From Longivirga aurantiaca (GTDB lineage Bacteria > Actinomycetota > Actinomycetes > S36-B12 > CAIYMF01): DNA of 32,000 bases. The notes under the pieces are model-generated. The model saw nothing but the letters and a program-made list of their open reading frames with translations, was not told the origin of the DNA and did no database searches. This document shows, piece after piece, positions 17,159 to 27,076 of the stretch. The stretch lies in NCBI RefSeq assembly GCF_042660085.1, contig NZ_JBHSTI010000008.1, positions 2,175,604 to 2,207,603 on the forward strand, in the 5' to 3' direction. A program made the position numbers and the translations under genes. Within the stretch, counting starts at the first letter, position 1. The number at the start of each line of letters is the position of its first letter.

Positions 17159-20058
17159 GCAAGACGCAGATGCTGATCGTCGCGGGCTACTCAGACGCCG
17201 ACGTCGCAGAAGCCGAGTTCCGGACGCTGGCCGACATGGTGGCGGCGAAGAAGCTGAGCAGCCAGGGGATCATCCTCGTCGGCAAGGGGCCGGACGGCGA
17301 GCCGCGGCTCATGGACACGGGCAACCACCTCGGCCGTCGCGGCGCTGCGTGGGGCGGTGGCGCCGGGGTCCTGGTGGGCCTGTTCGCGCCGCCCATGCTC
17401 GGTGCCGTCGCCGTGGGCGCCGCCGCCGGCGCCGTGGTGGGTCACTTCGCCGGCAACAAGCTGACGGCAGTGGTCCAGGAACAGATCGGAGCGGCCCTGA
17501 AGGCAGGCACCGCCGTCATCATCGGCGTTTTCCCGGCCGAGGACCGTCTTGTCGTCGAGCGCGCCCTGCCGGGAGCACCGCTCAAGTCCGTCGTGGAGAG
17601 CGACGAGGGCGGCATCGACGAGCTGAAGGCCAAGCTGGCCGAGGCGATGGGCAAGTTCCAGCCCGACCGGACGGTGCTGCCCGTCCCGGACAAGCCATTC
17701 AGCGGGGTGGCCGGGCGCACCATCGACGAGTCCGTGGGCGACTGGTCCATCGTCGCGGCCACGAAGGCTCCCGAGGACGCCCCCAACGTGCTCGTGGTGC
17801 TCATCGACGACGCCGGCTTCGGAGGGCCGGACACGTTCGGGGGCGGGATCCGGACGCCGAACCTCAGCCGCGTGCAGCAGCAGGGACTCACCTACAACCG
17901 GTTCCACGTCACGGCCGTCTGCTCGCCCACCCGCGCCGCGCTGCTGACCGGTCGCAACCACCACCGCGTGGGCATGGGGGGTATCGCAGAGTTCCCTGGC
18001 CCCTTCCCTGGCTACACGGGAATCCGACCCAGGGCGACGACCGCCCTGCCGCGGATCCTCAAGGAGAACGGGTACATCACCGGTGGCTTCGGCAAGTGGC
18101 ACATGACTCCCGGCCATGACATGGGCGCGGCCGGGTCGTTCGACCACTGGCCGACCGGGTGGGGCTTCGACCACTGGTGGGGCTTCCTGACCGGTGCAGC
18201 CGGCCAGTACGACCCCATCATCACCCTGGACAACTCGACCCTGGGCGTGCCCGAGGGCGACGACGGCAAGCTCTACTACTTCCCGGACGACATCACCGAC
18301 AAGACCGTCGAGTGGCTGCACGCGGTGCGCGCGCAGGATGCCGACAAGCCCTGGTTCGTCTACTACTCGACCGGAGCGACGCACGCTCCGCACCACGTCG
18401 CCAAGGAGTGGGCCGACAAGTACAAGGGCCAGTTCGATGACGGATGGGACGTCTACCGCGAGCGCACGCTCGAGCGCCAGAAGGCACTCGGCATCGTCCC
18501 GCCCGACACCGAGCTCACCGAGCGGCCCGACATCTTCCCCGCATGGGACAGCCTCTCCGAAGCGGAGCGGAAGCTCTACGCGCGGCAGATGGAGGTCTTC
18601 GCCGGGTTCTCCGAGAACGCCGACTGGAACGTCGGACGGCTGCTCGATGCAGTGGAGGAGATGGGCGAGCTCGACAACACCCTCGTGATCTACATCTGGG
18701 GCGACAACGGCGCGTCCATGGAGGGCACCGTCACCGGTTCGTTCAACGAGACGACGTTCTTCAACGGGCTGGTCCTCGACGCCGAGGAGCAGTTCGCGCT
18801 GATCGACAAGTACGGCGGCATCGCCGAGCTCGGCGGCTTCCACACCGCACCCCACTTCGCGGCTGCGTGGGCGCACGCGAACAACACGCCGTTCCAGTGG
18901 GGGAAGCAGATGGCCAGCCACCTCGGAGGCACTCGCGACCCCATGGTGGTGTCGTGGCCGAAGCGGATCCCCGCAGGCGGAAGCCTGCGCACGCAGTTCA
19001 CCCACTGCATCGACGTCGTCCCCACGATCCTCGAGGTCGTCGGGCTGCCCGTGCCGACGAGCGTGGACGGCGTGGCGCAGGAGCCGATGGACGGAACCAG
19101 CTTCGCCTACACCTTCGACAGCCCTGACGCCGAGGAGCAGCACACCACCCAGTACTTCGAGATGTACGGGAGCCGTGCGATCTACAAGGACGGCTGGTGG
19201 GCCTGCACCAAGCTCGACAAGCTGCCGTGGGACTTCGGGCCGGCGACGCTCGCTCGGTTCGGTCCGGGCAGCGGATGGGACCCGAACGCGGACGTGTGGG
19301 AGCTGTACCACCTCGCCGACGACTTCTCGCAGGCCCGGAACGTCGCGGCCGAGCTCCCTGACAAGGTCGCCGAGCTGGTCGAGCTCTTCTGGTCGGAGGC
19401 CGAACGCAACCGCGTGCTGCCGCTGCTCGGAGGGTTCGCTGCCTTCTTCGGCATCCTCCCGCCCATGCCCACGCAGACCCGGTTCACCTTCGCCGGTGAC
19501 GTCCAGAACATCCAGACGACCATGATCCCGAGGATCTACGGACGCTCGTACGCCATCGAGGCCGACGTGCACGTCCCGGAAGGAGGCGCGCAGGGTGTGC
19601 TCGTGGCGTTCGCCGACTTCATCGGCGGCTTCGCGCTGTGGGTCGACGAGAACGGCCTGCTCAACCACACCTACCAGTACTTGGGCGTCGACACCTACCG
19701 CCAGACGTCGAAGGAGCCGATCCCGACCGGCGATGTCACGTTGAAGATGCTGTTCCAGGCCGACGAGACCAGACCGGGCACCGGGGGCCGCGTGTCCTTG
19801 TGGGCGGACGATCGACAGATCGGCGAGGGCGATCTGCCGCGCACGATCTCGCTGATCTTCAGCACCTACGCCGGCATGGACATCAGCCGGGACAACGGCG
19901 GTGTCGTCGACCTCGACTACGAGGACCGGGCGCCGTATGCGTTCACGGGGACGGTGCGCAACGTCGTCTTCGACCTCGCGCCGCGCGCTCTGGACGATGA
20001 GCTGGCCCTGCACGAAGCCGCATCACGGGCCGCACTCGCTCACGGCGCCGCGGGATAG
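17155..20058 (+). CDS. Arylsulfatase (Cys-type, AtsA-like) with N-terminal DUF1269-like glycine-zipper membrane module
   Basis: 967 aa with GGAGGAG 5 nt before the ATG. Residues 1-165 read MLIVAGYSD...GAAWGGGAGVLVGLFAPPMLGAVAVGAAAGAVVGHFAG...AVIIGVF, the pattern of the DUF1269 family. From about residue 175 it is a full sulfatase with NVLVVLIDDAGFG, CSPTRAALLTGR, GKWHM and IWGDNGASMEG, plus the C-terminal domain shared with the 6153-8504 paralog. Confidence 0.9.
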   Translation: MSKTQMLIVAGYSDADVAEAEFRTLADMVAAKKLSSQGIILVGKGPDGEPRLMDTGNHLGRRGAAWGGGAGVLVGLFAPPMLGAVAVGAAAGAVVGHFAGNKLTAVVQEQIGAALKAGTAVIIGVFPAEDRLVVERALPGAPLKSVVESDEGGIDELKAKLAEAMGKFQPDRTVLPVPDKPFSGVAGRTIDESVGDWSIVAATKAPEDAPNVLVVLIDDAGFGGPDTFGGGIRTPNLSRVQQQGLTYNRFHVTAVCSPTRAALLTGRNHHRVGMGGIAEFPGPFPGYTGIRPRATTALPRILKENGYITGGFGKWHMTPGHDMGAAGSFDHWPTGWGFDHWWGFLTGAAGQYDPIITLDNSTLGVPEGDDGKLYYFPDDITDKTVEWLHAVRAQDADKPWFVYYSTGATHAPHHVAKEWADKYKGQFDDGWDVYRERTLERQKALGIVPPDTELTERPDIFPAWDSLSEAERKLYARQMEVFAGFSENADWNVGRLLDAVEEMGELDNTLVIYIWGDNGASMEGTVTGSFNETTFFNGLVLDAEEQFALIDKYGGIAELGGFHTAPHFAAAWAHANNTPFQWGKQMASHLGGTRDPMVVSWPKRIPAGGSLRTQFTHCIDVVPTILEVVGLPVPTSVDGVAQEPMDGTSFAYTFDSPDAEEQHTTQYFEMYGSRAIYKDGWWACTKLDKLPWDFGPATLARFGPGSGWDPNADVWELYHLADDFSQARNVAAELPDKVAELVELFWSEAERNRVLPLLGGFAAFFGILPPMPTQTRFTFAGDVQNIQTTMIPRIYGRSYAIEADVHVPEGGAQGVLVAFADFIGGFALWVDENGLLNHTYQYLGVDTYRQTSKEPIPTGDVTLKMLFQADETRPGTGGRVSLWADDRQIGEGDLPRTISLIFSTYAGMDISRDNGGVVDLDYEDRAPYAFTGTVRNVVFDLAPRALDDELALHEAASRAALAHGAAG

Positions 20059-20098
20059 CCGCCTCGACGCGCCGCCAGCAGGTGGCGCGTCGAGGCGG
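20059..20098 (+). terminator. Perfect 15-bp GC-rich hairpin immediately after the sulfatase stop
   Basis: CCGCCTCGACGCGCC (20059-20073), a 10-nt loop, then GGCGCGTCGAGGCGG (20084-20098). It starts 1 nt after the TAG. No U-tract follows. Confidence 0.55.
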
Positions 20099-20280
20099 GA
20101 GCCGCGCGAGGGGGCGATCCGTACCAGGACGGCTCCCTCTCCGCCCCTCTCCGCGGCCAAGCGGGCACGAAGGGACGGCGCGCGAGAGGGCGCCACCTCG
20201 ATCGGTGCACCGGATCATCTGCCGGGCGTCGCGCCCAGGCACCGACGTACTGTGACAGCCACTGAAGGGATGCGGGACTG

Positions 20281-20754
20281 ATGAGGACTCGATTCGCAGG
20301 GATCGTCGTCGCTGCGTCGCTGCTGGCGCTGACAGGCTGCTCGCAGCAGTCGGAGGCCGATGCGGTTGCGTCGTTGGACGCGCGGCTGGCCACGGTGGAG
20401 GACCGGCTCGCGGGCGTCGAGGCGGTCGTGGGCGAGGCGCTCATAGCCGAGCCGGCGAAGCAGCTCCAGGCGGAGCTCGACCAGCTCGTGCTCGATGTCG
20501 CCGGTGCGGAGGTGCCGGCGGACGTCCAGGCCGACCTGGACGCGGCGAAGGACGCCGTGGCCGACGCCCAGGCGGCGGCCGAGGCGGCCATCGCCGCCGA
20601 GGAGGCGGAGGACGCCGCCACGGCGGAGGCCGTGGCGGCTGCTCAGAAGGCGATCGCCGATGCGCGCGCCAAGCTGGAGGCGGTCAAGGAGGCCTTGGCC
20701 GGGTTCCTCGCCACGGCACGGCCGACACCGAGCGCCTCGCCCTCTCCCAGCTGA
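20281..20754 (+). CDS. Lipoprotein, Ala/Glu-rich predicted coiled coil
   Basis: 157 aa. The signal peptide ends in the lipobox LLALTG-C. The remainder is helical low-complexity sequence (AEAAIAAEEAEDAATAEAVAAAQKAIADARAKLEAVKEA) with a Pro/Ser tail. Confidence 0.7.
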   Translation: MRTRFAGIVVAASLLALTGCSQQSEADAVASLDARLATVEDRLAGVEAVVGEALIAEPAKQLQAELDQLVLDVAGAEVPADVQADLDAAKDAVADAQAAAEAAIAAEEAEDAATAEAVAAAQKAIADARAKLEAVKEALAGFLATARPTPSASPSPS

Positions 20755-20814
20755 CGTGGCGGCTCGCGGCAGCACCGCCGTTGTAGCACTGCTCGTACCA
20801 CGGGAGGACATCGC

Positions 20815-21009
20815 ATGAGCAGCACCCCTGCGCCCGAGGACCTGCAGTGGGCCGCCAGCGCGGTCTTCGTCGCCGGCCTCAGCGCCGTCGGCAACTTCAT
20901 GTTCCTGCCGTACCAGCCGCCGTGGGCGATCCTCATCATGGCCCTCGACGTCCTCATCATCTGGGCGCTCGCCACTCGTCGCGAGGCGATCCACCTGCTC
21001 GACAGCTGA
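20815..21009 (+). CDS. Small two-TM membrane protein (hypothetical)
   Basis: 64 aa with a strong SD (GGGAGGA, 7-nt spacer). It has two hydrophobic segments, WAASAVFVAGLSAVGNFMFL and WAILIMALDVLIIWALA. Confidence 0.55.
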   Translation: MSSTPAPEDLQWAASAVFVAGLSAVGNFMFLPYQPPWAILIMALDVLIIWALATRREAIHLLDS

Positions 21010-21056
21010 CCGCGGGCCCGACGCCGCACACAACCCTCGCCGGAAGGACCACGCGC

Positions 21057-21356
21057 ATGTCGCTCCTCGGCTGGGGCAAGGCCAGCTGGATCATCAGCCT
21101 GCTGTTCATCCCGTTCCTCACCCCGCTGATCAACGTCGTCACGCAGGGCCCGACGACGGCCCAGCGCGACGCGCAGCGGTACACCGCGATGCGCGCCCAG
21201 CAGGACGACTACGGCCGCAACCTCGCGGCCCGCGCCGATCCCACCGCGCAGATCAAGCTGGCGCACGACCCGCTGCCGTCCGGCACCATCGCCCAGGCCG
21301 AGTTCGACGCCATCACGTCCAAGGCGCTCGCCTGGCCGGAGGGATTCCGCCCATGA
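21057..21356 (+). CDS. Small membrane protein with PLDc_N-like TM segment and SHOCT-like C-terminus
   Basis: 99 aa from an internal ATG of ORF 20847..21356, with GGAAGGA 8 nt upstream. WIISLLFIPFLTPLINVV resembles the PLD-nuclease N-terminal (PLDc_N) motif. The C-terminus SGTIAQAEFDAITSKALA resembles a diverged SHOCT. Its TGA overlaps the SulP ATG (ATGA). Confidence 0.55.
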   Translation: MSLLGWGKASWIISLLFIPFLTPLINVVTQGPTTAQRDAQRYTAMRAQQDDYGRNLAARADPTAQIKLAHDPLPSGTIAQAEFDAITSKALAWPEGFRP

Positions 21357-23023
21357 CGAAGGTGCGCTGGGGGCGCGAGACCACGGCCGGCCTCGCGGGG
21401 GCCATCGGGTCCGTGCCCGACGGGATGGCCACGGCCGTCCTCGCGGGGGCGAACCCGATGGCAGGCCTGTACGCATCCTTCGCCGGGCCGACGGCAGGCG
21501 GACTGCTCCAGTCGACCACCGTCATGGTGGTGGCGACCACCTCAGCTGCGGCGGTGACAACGGCCGAGGTGATGACCGCCGGTCCCGCCGACCCGCTGAG
21601 GACGCTGGCGACCCTGACCGTCCTGGCCGGCGTCTTCATGCTGCTGGCAACCCGGCTGGGGTTCGCCAAGCTGATGCGGTTCGTCTCCGCATCGGTCATG
21701 GGCGGGTTCATGTTCGGGGTGGGGCTCATCCTGATCCTGGGCCAGCTCGCCGACGCCACCGGCGTGACCACCAGCGGAGGCTCCACGCTGGAGAAGGCGC
21801 TGAACACGCTGCGCCAATGGCAATCCTTCGACCTGGCCTCGATGCTCACCGCCGGCGCCGCCATCGCCCTCAGCATCGCCTTCGGCCGCGGAAAGCTGGT
21901 GGCGCTCGCCCCACTGATCGCCATCGCGATCCCCACCCTCGTCCTGGCGGCGACCGATGGCGAGGTGGCCACGGTGGAGTCGACGTCCGGAGCCATCGCG
22001 GTCGGGCTTCCCCCGCTGGTCCTGCCCGACCCGGGCCTGATCTCGCCCACACTGGTCGCGGCGGCGGCGGCCCTCACGATCGTCGTGCTGGTCCAGGCCG
22101 CCGGCGTCGGCGTGGCCTACCCCAACACCGACGGCACGGCCAACGACGTGACCCGCGACTTCTACGCCCAGGGCGGGTCGAACATCGCTTCAGGCCTCGT
22201 CGGCGGCGTACCGGTCGGAGGCAGCGTCGGCCAGACCGAGTTCAACGTCATGGCTGGGGGGCGGACGCGGTGGGCGGTGATCATCAGCGGCCTCTGGATG
22301 CTGGTCTTCGTCGTCGCCCTCGGGCCGGTGCTGTCGGCTGTGCCCATCCCAGCCCTGGCAGGGCTGCTGATCCTGGCCGGCTTCGGCTCCCTGAAGCCGC
22401 GGACGCTGGCCCGCTCCTGGCGCACCGGCAAGGCCTCCGCAGCTGCTGCGCTGATCACCATGGGCGCCACCTTGCTGGTCCCGATCCACATCGCCGTCCT
22501 GGTCGGCGTGGTCCTGTCGCTGCTCCTGTCGGCGATCACCGGGGCGTCGGCGACCCATATCGTCGCCCTGGAACCCGCGGGACCGGGCCACTGGCGTCGC
22601 GCCGCGGTCCCCACCGAACTGGCACCTGGGCAGGTCACCGCCCTCGACATCGAGGGGGCGGGGGGCTTCGTCTCCGTTCCCGCCCTGTTCGCGCAGTTGC
22701 CCGCCGTTCCCGGCGACGGCGGCCGGGAAGGTGAACGGCTCTTCGCCGTCGTCCTGCGGCTGCGCGGCCACCTCCGGACCAACCTAACCTTCACCAAGGC
22801 TCTCGAGGCCTACGGCGAGCAGCTCGCCGCGTCCGGCGGCCACCTGAGCGTATGCGGCCTGCAACCCGGCACCATCGCCCAGCTGCGAGCCGCAGGACTG
22901 CCGGAGACCATCGCGCTCATCGCCCAGGGCGAGGAGACGGACGGGTCGCTGGCAGTCGCCTACGCCCGGGCCGGCGACTGGCTGACGGAGTCGGGGGCGC
23001 AGCCTCCCTCAGACGCGGTCTGA
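21353..23023 (+). CDS. SulP-family anion permease with STAS-like C-terminal domain (second copy, divergent)
   Basis: 556 aa. The multi-TM core has a SulP-like N-terminus (TTAGLAGAIGSVPDGMATAVLAGANPMAGLYASF) and glycine-rich helices. The C-terminal soluble domain (VVLRLRGHLRTNLTFTKALEAYGEQLAASGGHLSVCGL) is STAS-like. Confidence 0.85.
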   Translation: MTKVRWGRETTAGLAGAIGSVPDGMATAVLAGANPMAGLYASFAGPTAGGLLQSTTVMVVATTSAAAVTTAEVMTAGPADPLRTLATLTVLAGVFMLLATRLGFAKLMRFVSASVMGGFMFGVGLILILGQLADATGVTTSGGSTLEKALNTLRQWQSFDLASMLTAGAAIALSIAFGRGKLVALAPLIAIAIPTLVLAATDGEVATVESTSGAIAVGLPPLVLPDPGLISPTLVAAAAALTIVVLVQAAGVGVAYPNTDGTANDVTRDFYAQGGSNIASGLVGGVPVGGSVGQTEFNVMAGGRTRWAVIISGLWMLVFVVALGPVLSAVPIPALAGLLILAGFGSLKPRTLARSWRTGKASAAAALITMGATLLVPIHIAVLVGVVLSLLLSAITGASATHIVALEPAGPGHWRRAAVPTELAPGQVTALDIEGAGGFVSVPALFAQLPAVPGDGGREGERLFAVVLRLRGHLRTNLTFTKALEAYGEQLAASGGHLSVCGLQPGTIAQLRAAGLPETIALIAQGEETDGSLAVAYARAGDWLTESGAQPPSDAV

Positions 23024-23160
23024 GCCGGCGCCCGGGAGCAGGCGCCTTCAGCGGCCCCACTTCTCCGCGCCGCGGGTGCCGTTCCAGCAGCGGGTGAGAC
23101 CTTCGTCGGGCGGCCCGCAGCGGGGGCTAAGGTCCCCGTCCATCGAACGCCAGAACGGAT

Positions 23161-23195
23161 GATGCTCCGACCCGAAGAGCGTGGGTCGGAGCATC
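23161..23195. terminator. Perfect 13-bp hairpin between SulP (+) and tRNA-Ala (-), potentially bidirectional
   Basis: GATGCTCCGACCC (23161-23173), a 9-nt loop, then GGGTCGGAGCATC (23183-23195). It lies 9 nt beyond the tRNA 3' end and 138 nt beyond the SulP stop. Confidence 0.5.
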
Positions 23196-23204
23196 TTCCA
23201 TAGG

Positions 23205-23277
23205 TGGAGCTGAGGGGACTCGAACCCCTGACCCCCTGCATGCCATGCAGGTGCGCTACCAGCTGCGCCACAGCCCC
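23205..23277 (-). tRNA. tRNA-Ala (anticodon GGC)
   Basis: A manual cloverleaf of the 73-nt reverse complement gives acceptor GGGGCUG/CAGCUCC with the Ala identity pair G3:U70. The D arm is GCGC-AGCUGGUA-GCGC and the anticodon arm is CCUGC-AUGGCAU-GCAGG. The T arm is AGGGG-UUCGAGU-CCCCU and the discriminator is A. CCA is not encoded. Confidence 0.95.
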
Positions 23278-23331
23278 GTGCAGTCGTGCCGGGAAAGCAT
23301 AAGGGAGAGCGCTGCCCGAGGTGAAATCGGG

Positions 23332-23970
23332 CTAGGACTCGTCGCCGAACACGTCCTCGGGCAGCGAACGGGCGTTGTGCTCGGTCAGGCGCCAGCGGCC
23401 GTCGGCCAGCTCCTCGAGCACCGACCAGGCGCAGTTCACGAGGCCGCCGAGCGCCGTCCAGTGCTCCTGCGGCAGGTGCAGCAGGGTGCCGATGCCCGCG
23501 CGGATCGCACCGCCGTGGCTCGCCACCACGAGGGTCCCGCCCGGCGGCAGAAGATCGGCGTGCCGGAGCACGGCGGCGCTCACGCGCACCGAGACGTCGG
23601 TGCGCGTCTCGCCGTCGCCGGCGGGGACGTCGTCGCCGGAGAGCCAGCGGCGGAAGTGGACGCCGTCGGTCGCGATGATCTCGTCGCGCACGAGGCCCTG
23701 CCAGCGGCCGGCGTACGTCTCGCGCAGGTCCGGGTCGGTCTCCACCGGCAGCCCGACGATCTCGCCCAGCTTCTCGGCCGTCACCCGGGCGCGCGCCAGG
23801 TCGCTCGCGACGATGCGCGCCGGGGCGAGGGTGGCGAGGTCGCGCGCAGCGCGCTCGGCCTGGGCGATGCCGACCTCGTCGAGGGGGACGTCGGTCGATC
23901 CCTGGAAGCGCGACTCCGCGTTCCAGGCGGTGCGGCCGTGCCGCCAGAGGACGACGCGGCGCGCGGTCAC
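23332..23970 (-). CDS. Histidine phosphatase (phosphoglycerate-mutase-like) family protein, GpgP-like by position
   Basis: 212 aa from GTG 23970, which overlaps the rsfS TGA (GTGA). It has the catalytic motif LWRHGRT.WN and the C-terminal SHGG motif. It sits directly downstream of rsfS, as the mycobacterial glucosyl-3-phosphoglycerate phosphatase does. Confidence 0.85.
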   Translation of the reverse strand: MTARRVVLWRHGRTAWNAESRFQGSTDVPLDEVGIAQAERAARDLATLAPARIVASDLARARVTAEKLGEIVGLPVETDPDLRETYAGRWQGLVRDEIIATDGVHFRRWLSGDDVPAGDGETRTDVSVRVSAAVLRHADLLPPGGTLVVASHGGAIRAGIGTLLHLPQEHWTALGGLVNCAWSVLEELADGRWRLTEHNARSLPEDVFGDES

Positions 23971-24383
23971 GCGTCGCTCGCTGCGTCGCCGTCCCGCTCG
24001 GCGTGGACGTCGCGCGGCTTCCCGACGGACTCGGGCAGCGGGATCCGCGTGCCGTCCTTCCACAGCCGCTCGAGGCCGTAGTAGTGCCGCTCCTCGTCGT
24101 GCTGCACGTGCACGACGATGTCGATGTAGTCGAGGAGCACCCAGCGGCCGTCGCGCTCGCCCTCGCGGCGCACGGGGTCGACGTCGATCTTGTCGAGCGC
24201 CTCCTCGATGCCGTCGACGATGGCCTTGACCTGGCGGTCGTTGGCGGCCGAGCAGAGCAGGAAGACGTCGGTGATGACGAGGGTCTCGGACACGTCGAGC
24301 GCGACGATGTCCTCCGCGAGCTTCTCGGCGGCTGCCTCGGCAGCGATCGCAGTCAGCTCCAGCGCACGGGCGGAGGCGGTCAC
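23967..24383 (-). CDS. rsfS: Ribosomal silencing factor RsfS (iojap family)
   Basis: 138 aa with a typical RsfS core: DIVALDVSE...TDVFLLCSAANDRQVKAIVDGIEE...WVLLDYIDIVVHVQHDEERHYYGLERLW. Confidence 0.92.
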   Translation of the reverse strand: MTASARALELTAIAAEAAAEKLAEDIVALDVSETLVITDVFLLCSAANDRQVKAIVDGIEEALDKIDVDPVRREGERDGRWVLLDYIDIVVHVQHDEERHYYGLERLWKDGTRIPLPESVGKPRDVHAERDGDAASDA

Positions 24384-24450
24384 GGACGGTCCTTTCGACG
24401 GGGAACGTCCGATTCTCTCACGCGGGCGAGCGACCGCCGAACCGTCGAGG

Positions 24451-26177
<1,727 letters not shown>

Positions 26178-26181
<4 letters not shown>

Positions 26182-26780
26182 GCGCCCGCCTCCCGGTAGA
26201 GGCCGTGGTCGGCGATGTACTGCGCGACGCCGTCGGGCACGAGGTAGCGGAGGGGGGCGCCGGCGGCGACGCGGGCACGGCAGTCGGACGACGAGATGTC
26301 CAGCGCCGGGATCTCGACGTACGTGACCGCGTCGGCAGCAAGACCCAGACGGCCGGGGGCCTCGAGGTCGTGCCCCGGGCGCGTCACGCCGACGAGGTGC
26401 GCCAGCGCCGGGATCTCCTCGGCTCGGTGCCAGGTGGCGAGGCCGGCCAGTGCGTCTGCGCCGGTGATGAGGAAGAGCTCGACGTCCGGGCCGAGCTCGG
26501 CCCGGAGGTCGGCGAGCGTGTCCACCGTGAACGTCGGACCGTCACGATCGACGTCGACCCGGGACGCCGCGAGGCGCGGGTCGGGGTCGGTCGCGATGAC
26601 GGTCATGGCGTAACGGTCCTCGGCTGGGCTGATGTCCGGACGGGTCTTCTGCCACTGCTGCCCCGCGGGCACGAGCAGCACCTGGTCGAGGCCGAGACGG
26701 AAGGCGACCTCGCTGGCCGCGACGAGATGCCCGTGGTGGATCGGGTCGAACGTTCCGCCCAGCACCCCCACGCGACGCAC
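26178..26780 (-). CDS. nadD: Nicotinate-nucleotide adenylyltransferase
   Basis: 200 aa with the motif [14 protein letters not shown] and the C-terminal ISSSDCR (ISST-like) motif. Confidence 0.95.
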
Positions 26781-26796
26781 GGCCGGACGGCGCCCG

Positions 26797-26943
26797 TCAG
26801 CGGTCGATGTTGACGCGGGTGACCACGAAGAGCAGCGCGAGGAGCACGACGAGCGTGAACGCCCCGAAGGCCCACTTCGACGGCAGGTCGGAGTGCTCGT
26901 TGGCGACCATCGTGGCCTCGGCCAGGAAAGCTGCGGCGTTCAT
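26797..26943 (-). CDS. Small single-TM protein (hypothetical)
   Basis: 48 aa from ATG 26943 ([10 protein letters not shown]...), with GAGGGG 8 nt upstream. It has a C-terminal TM helix, [18 protein letters not shown]. It lies 16 nt upstream of nadD on the same strand. The call is tentative. Confidence 0.4.
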   Translation of the reverse strand: MNAAAFLAEATMVANEHSDLPSKWAFGAFTLVVLLALLFVVTRVNIDR

Positions 26944-27022
26944 CGCGCGTACCCCTCGCTCCTCGTCGCACGGCGCGACGCACATGCCCGTGTCCGGGTA
27001 GGGGCGAGAATAGCAACGGGCA

Positions 27023-27045
27023 GGGCCGGAGGCCCTGACCGGCCC
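27023..27045 (-). terminator. Short GC hairpin downstream of proA
   Basis: GGGCCGG, a 9-nt loop, then CCGGCCC, about 30 nt after the proA stop. On the minus strand it is followed by the partly T-rich UGCCCGUUGCUAUUCUC. The support is weak. Confidence 0.3.
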
Positions 27046-27076
27046 GCGGACGCGTCCCGATCGTGACCCGGGCGGG

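Noticed and set aside
22960-23271. A 103-aa minus-strand ORF.
   Set aside because: It overlaps the tRNA-Ala gene and its terminator hairpin. Its first residues (MAQLVAHLHGMQGVRGSSP) are simply the tRNA sequence translated.
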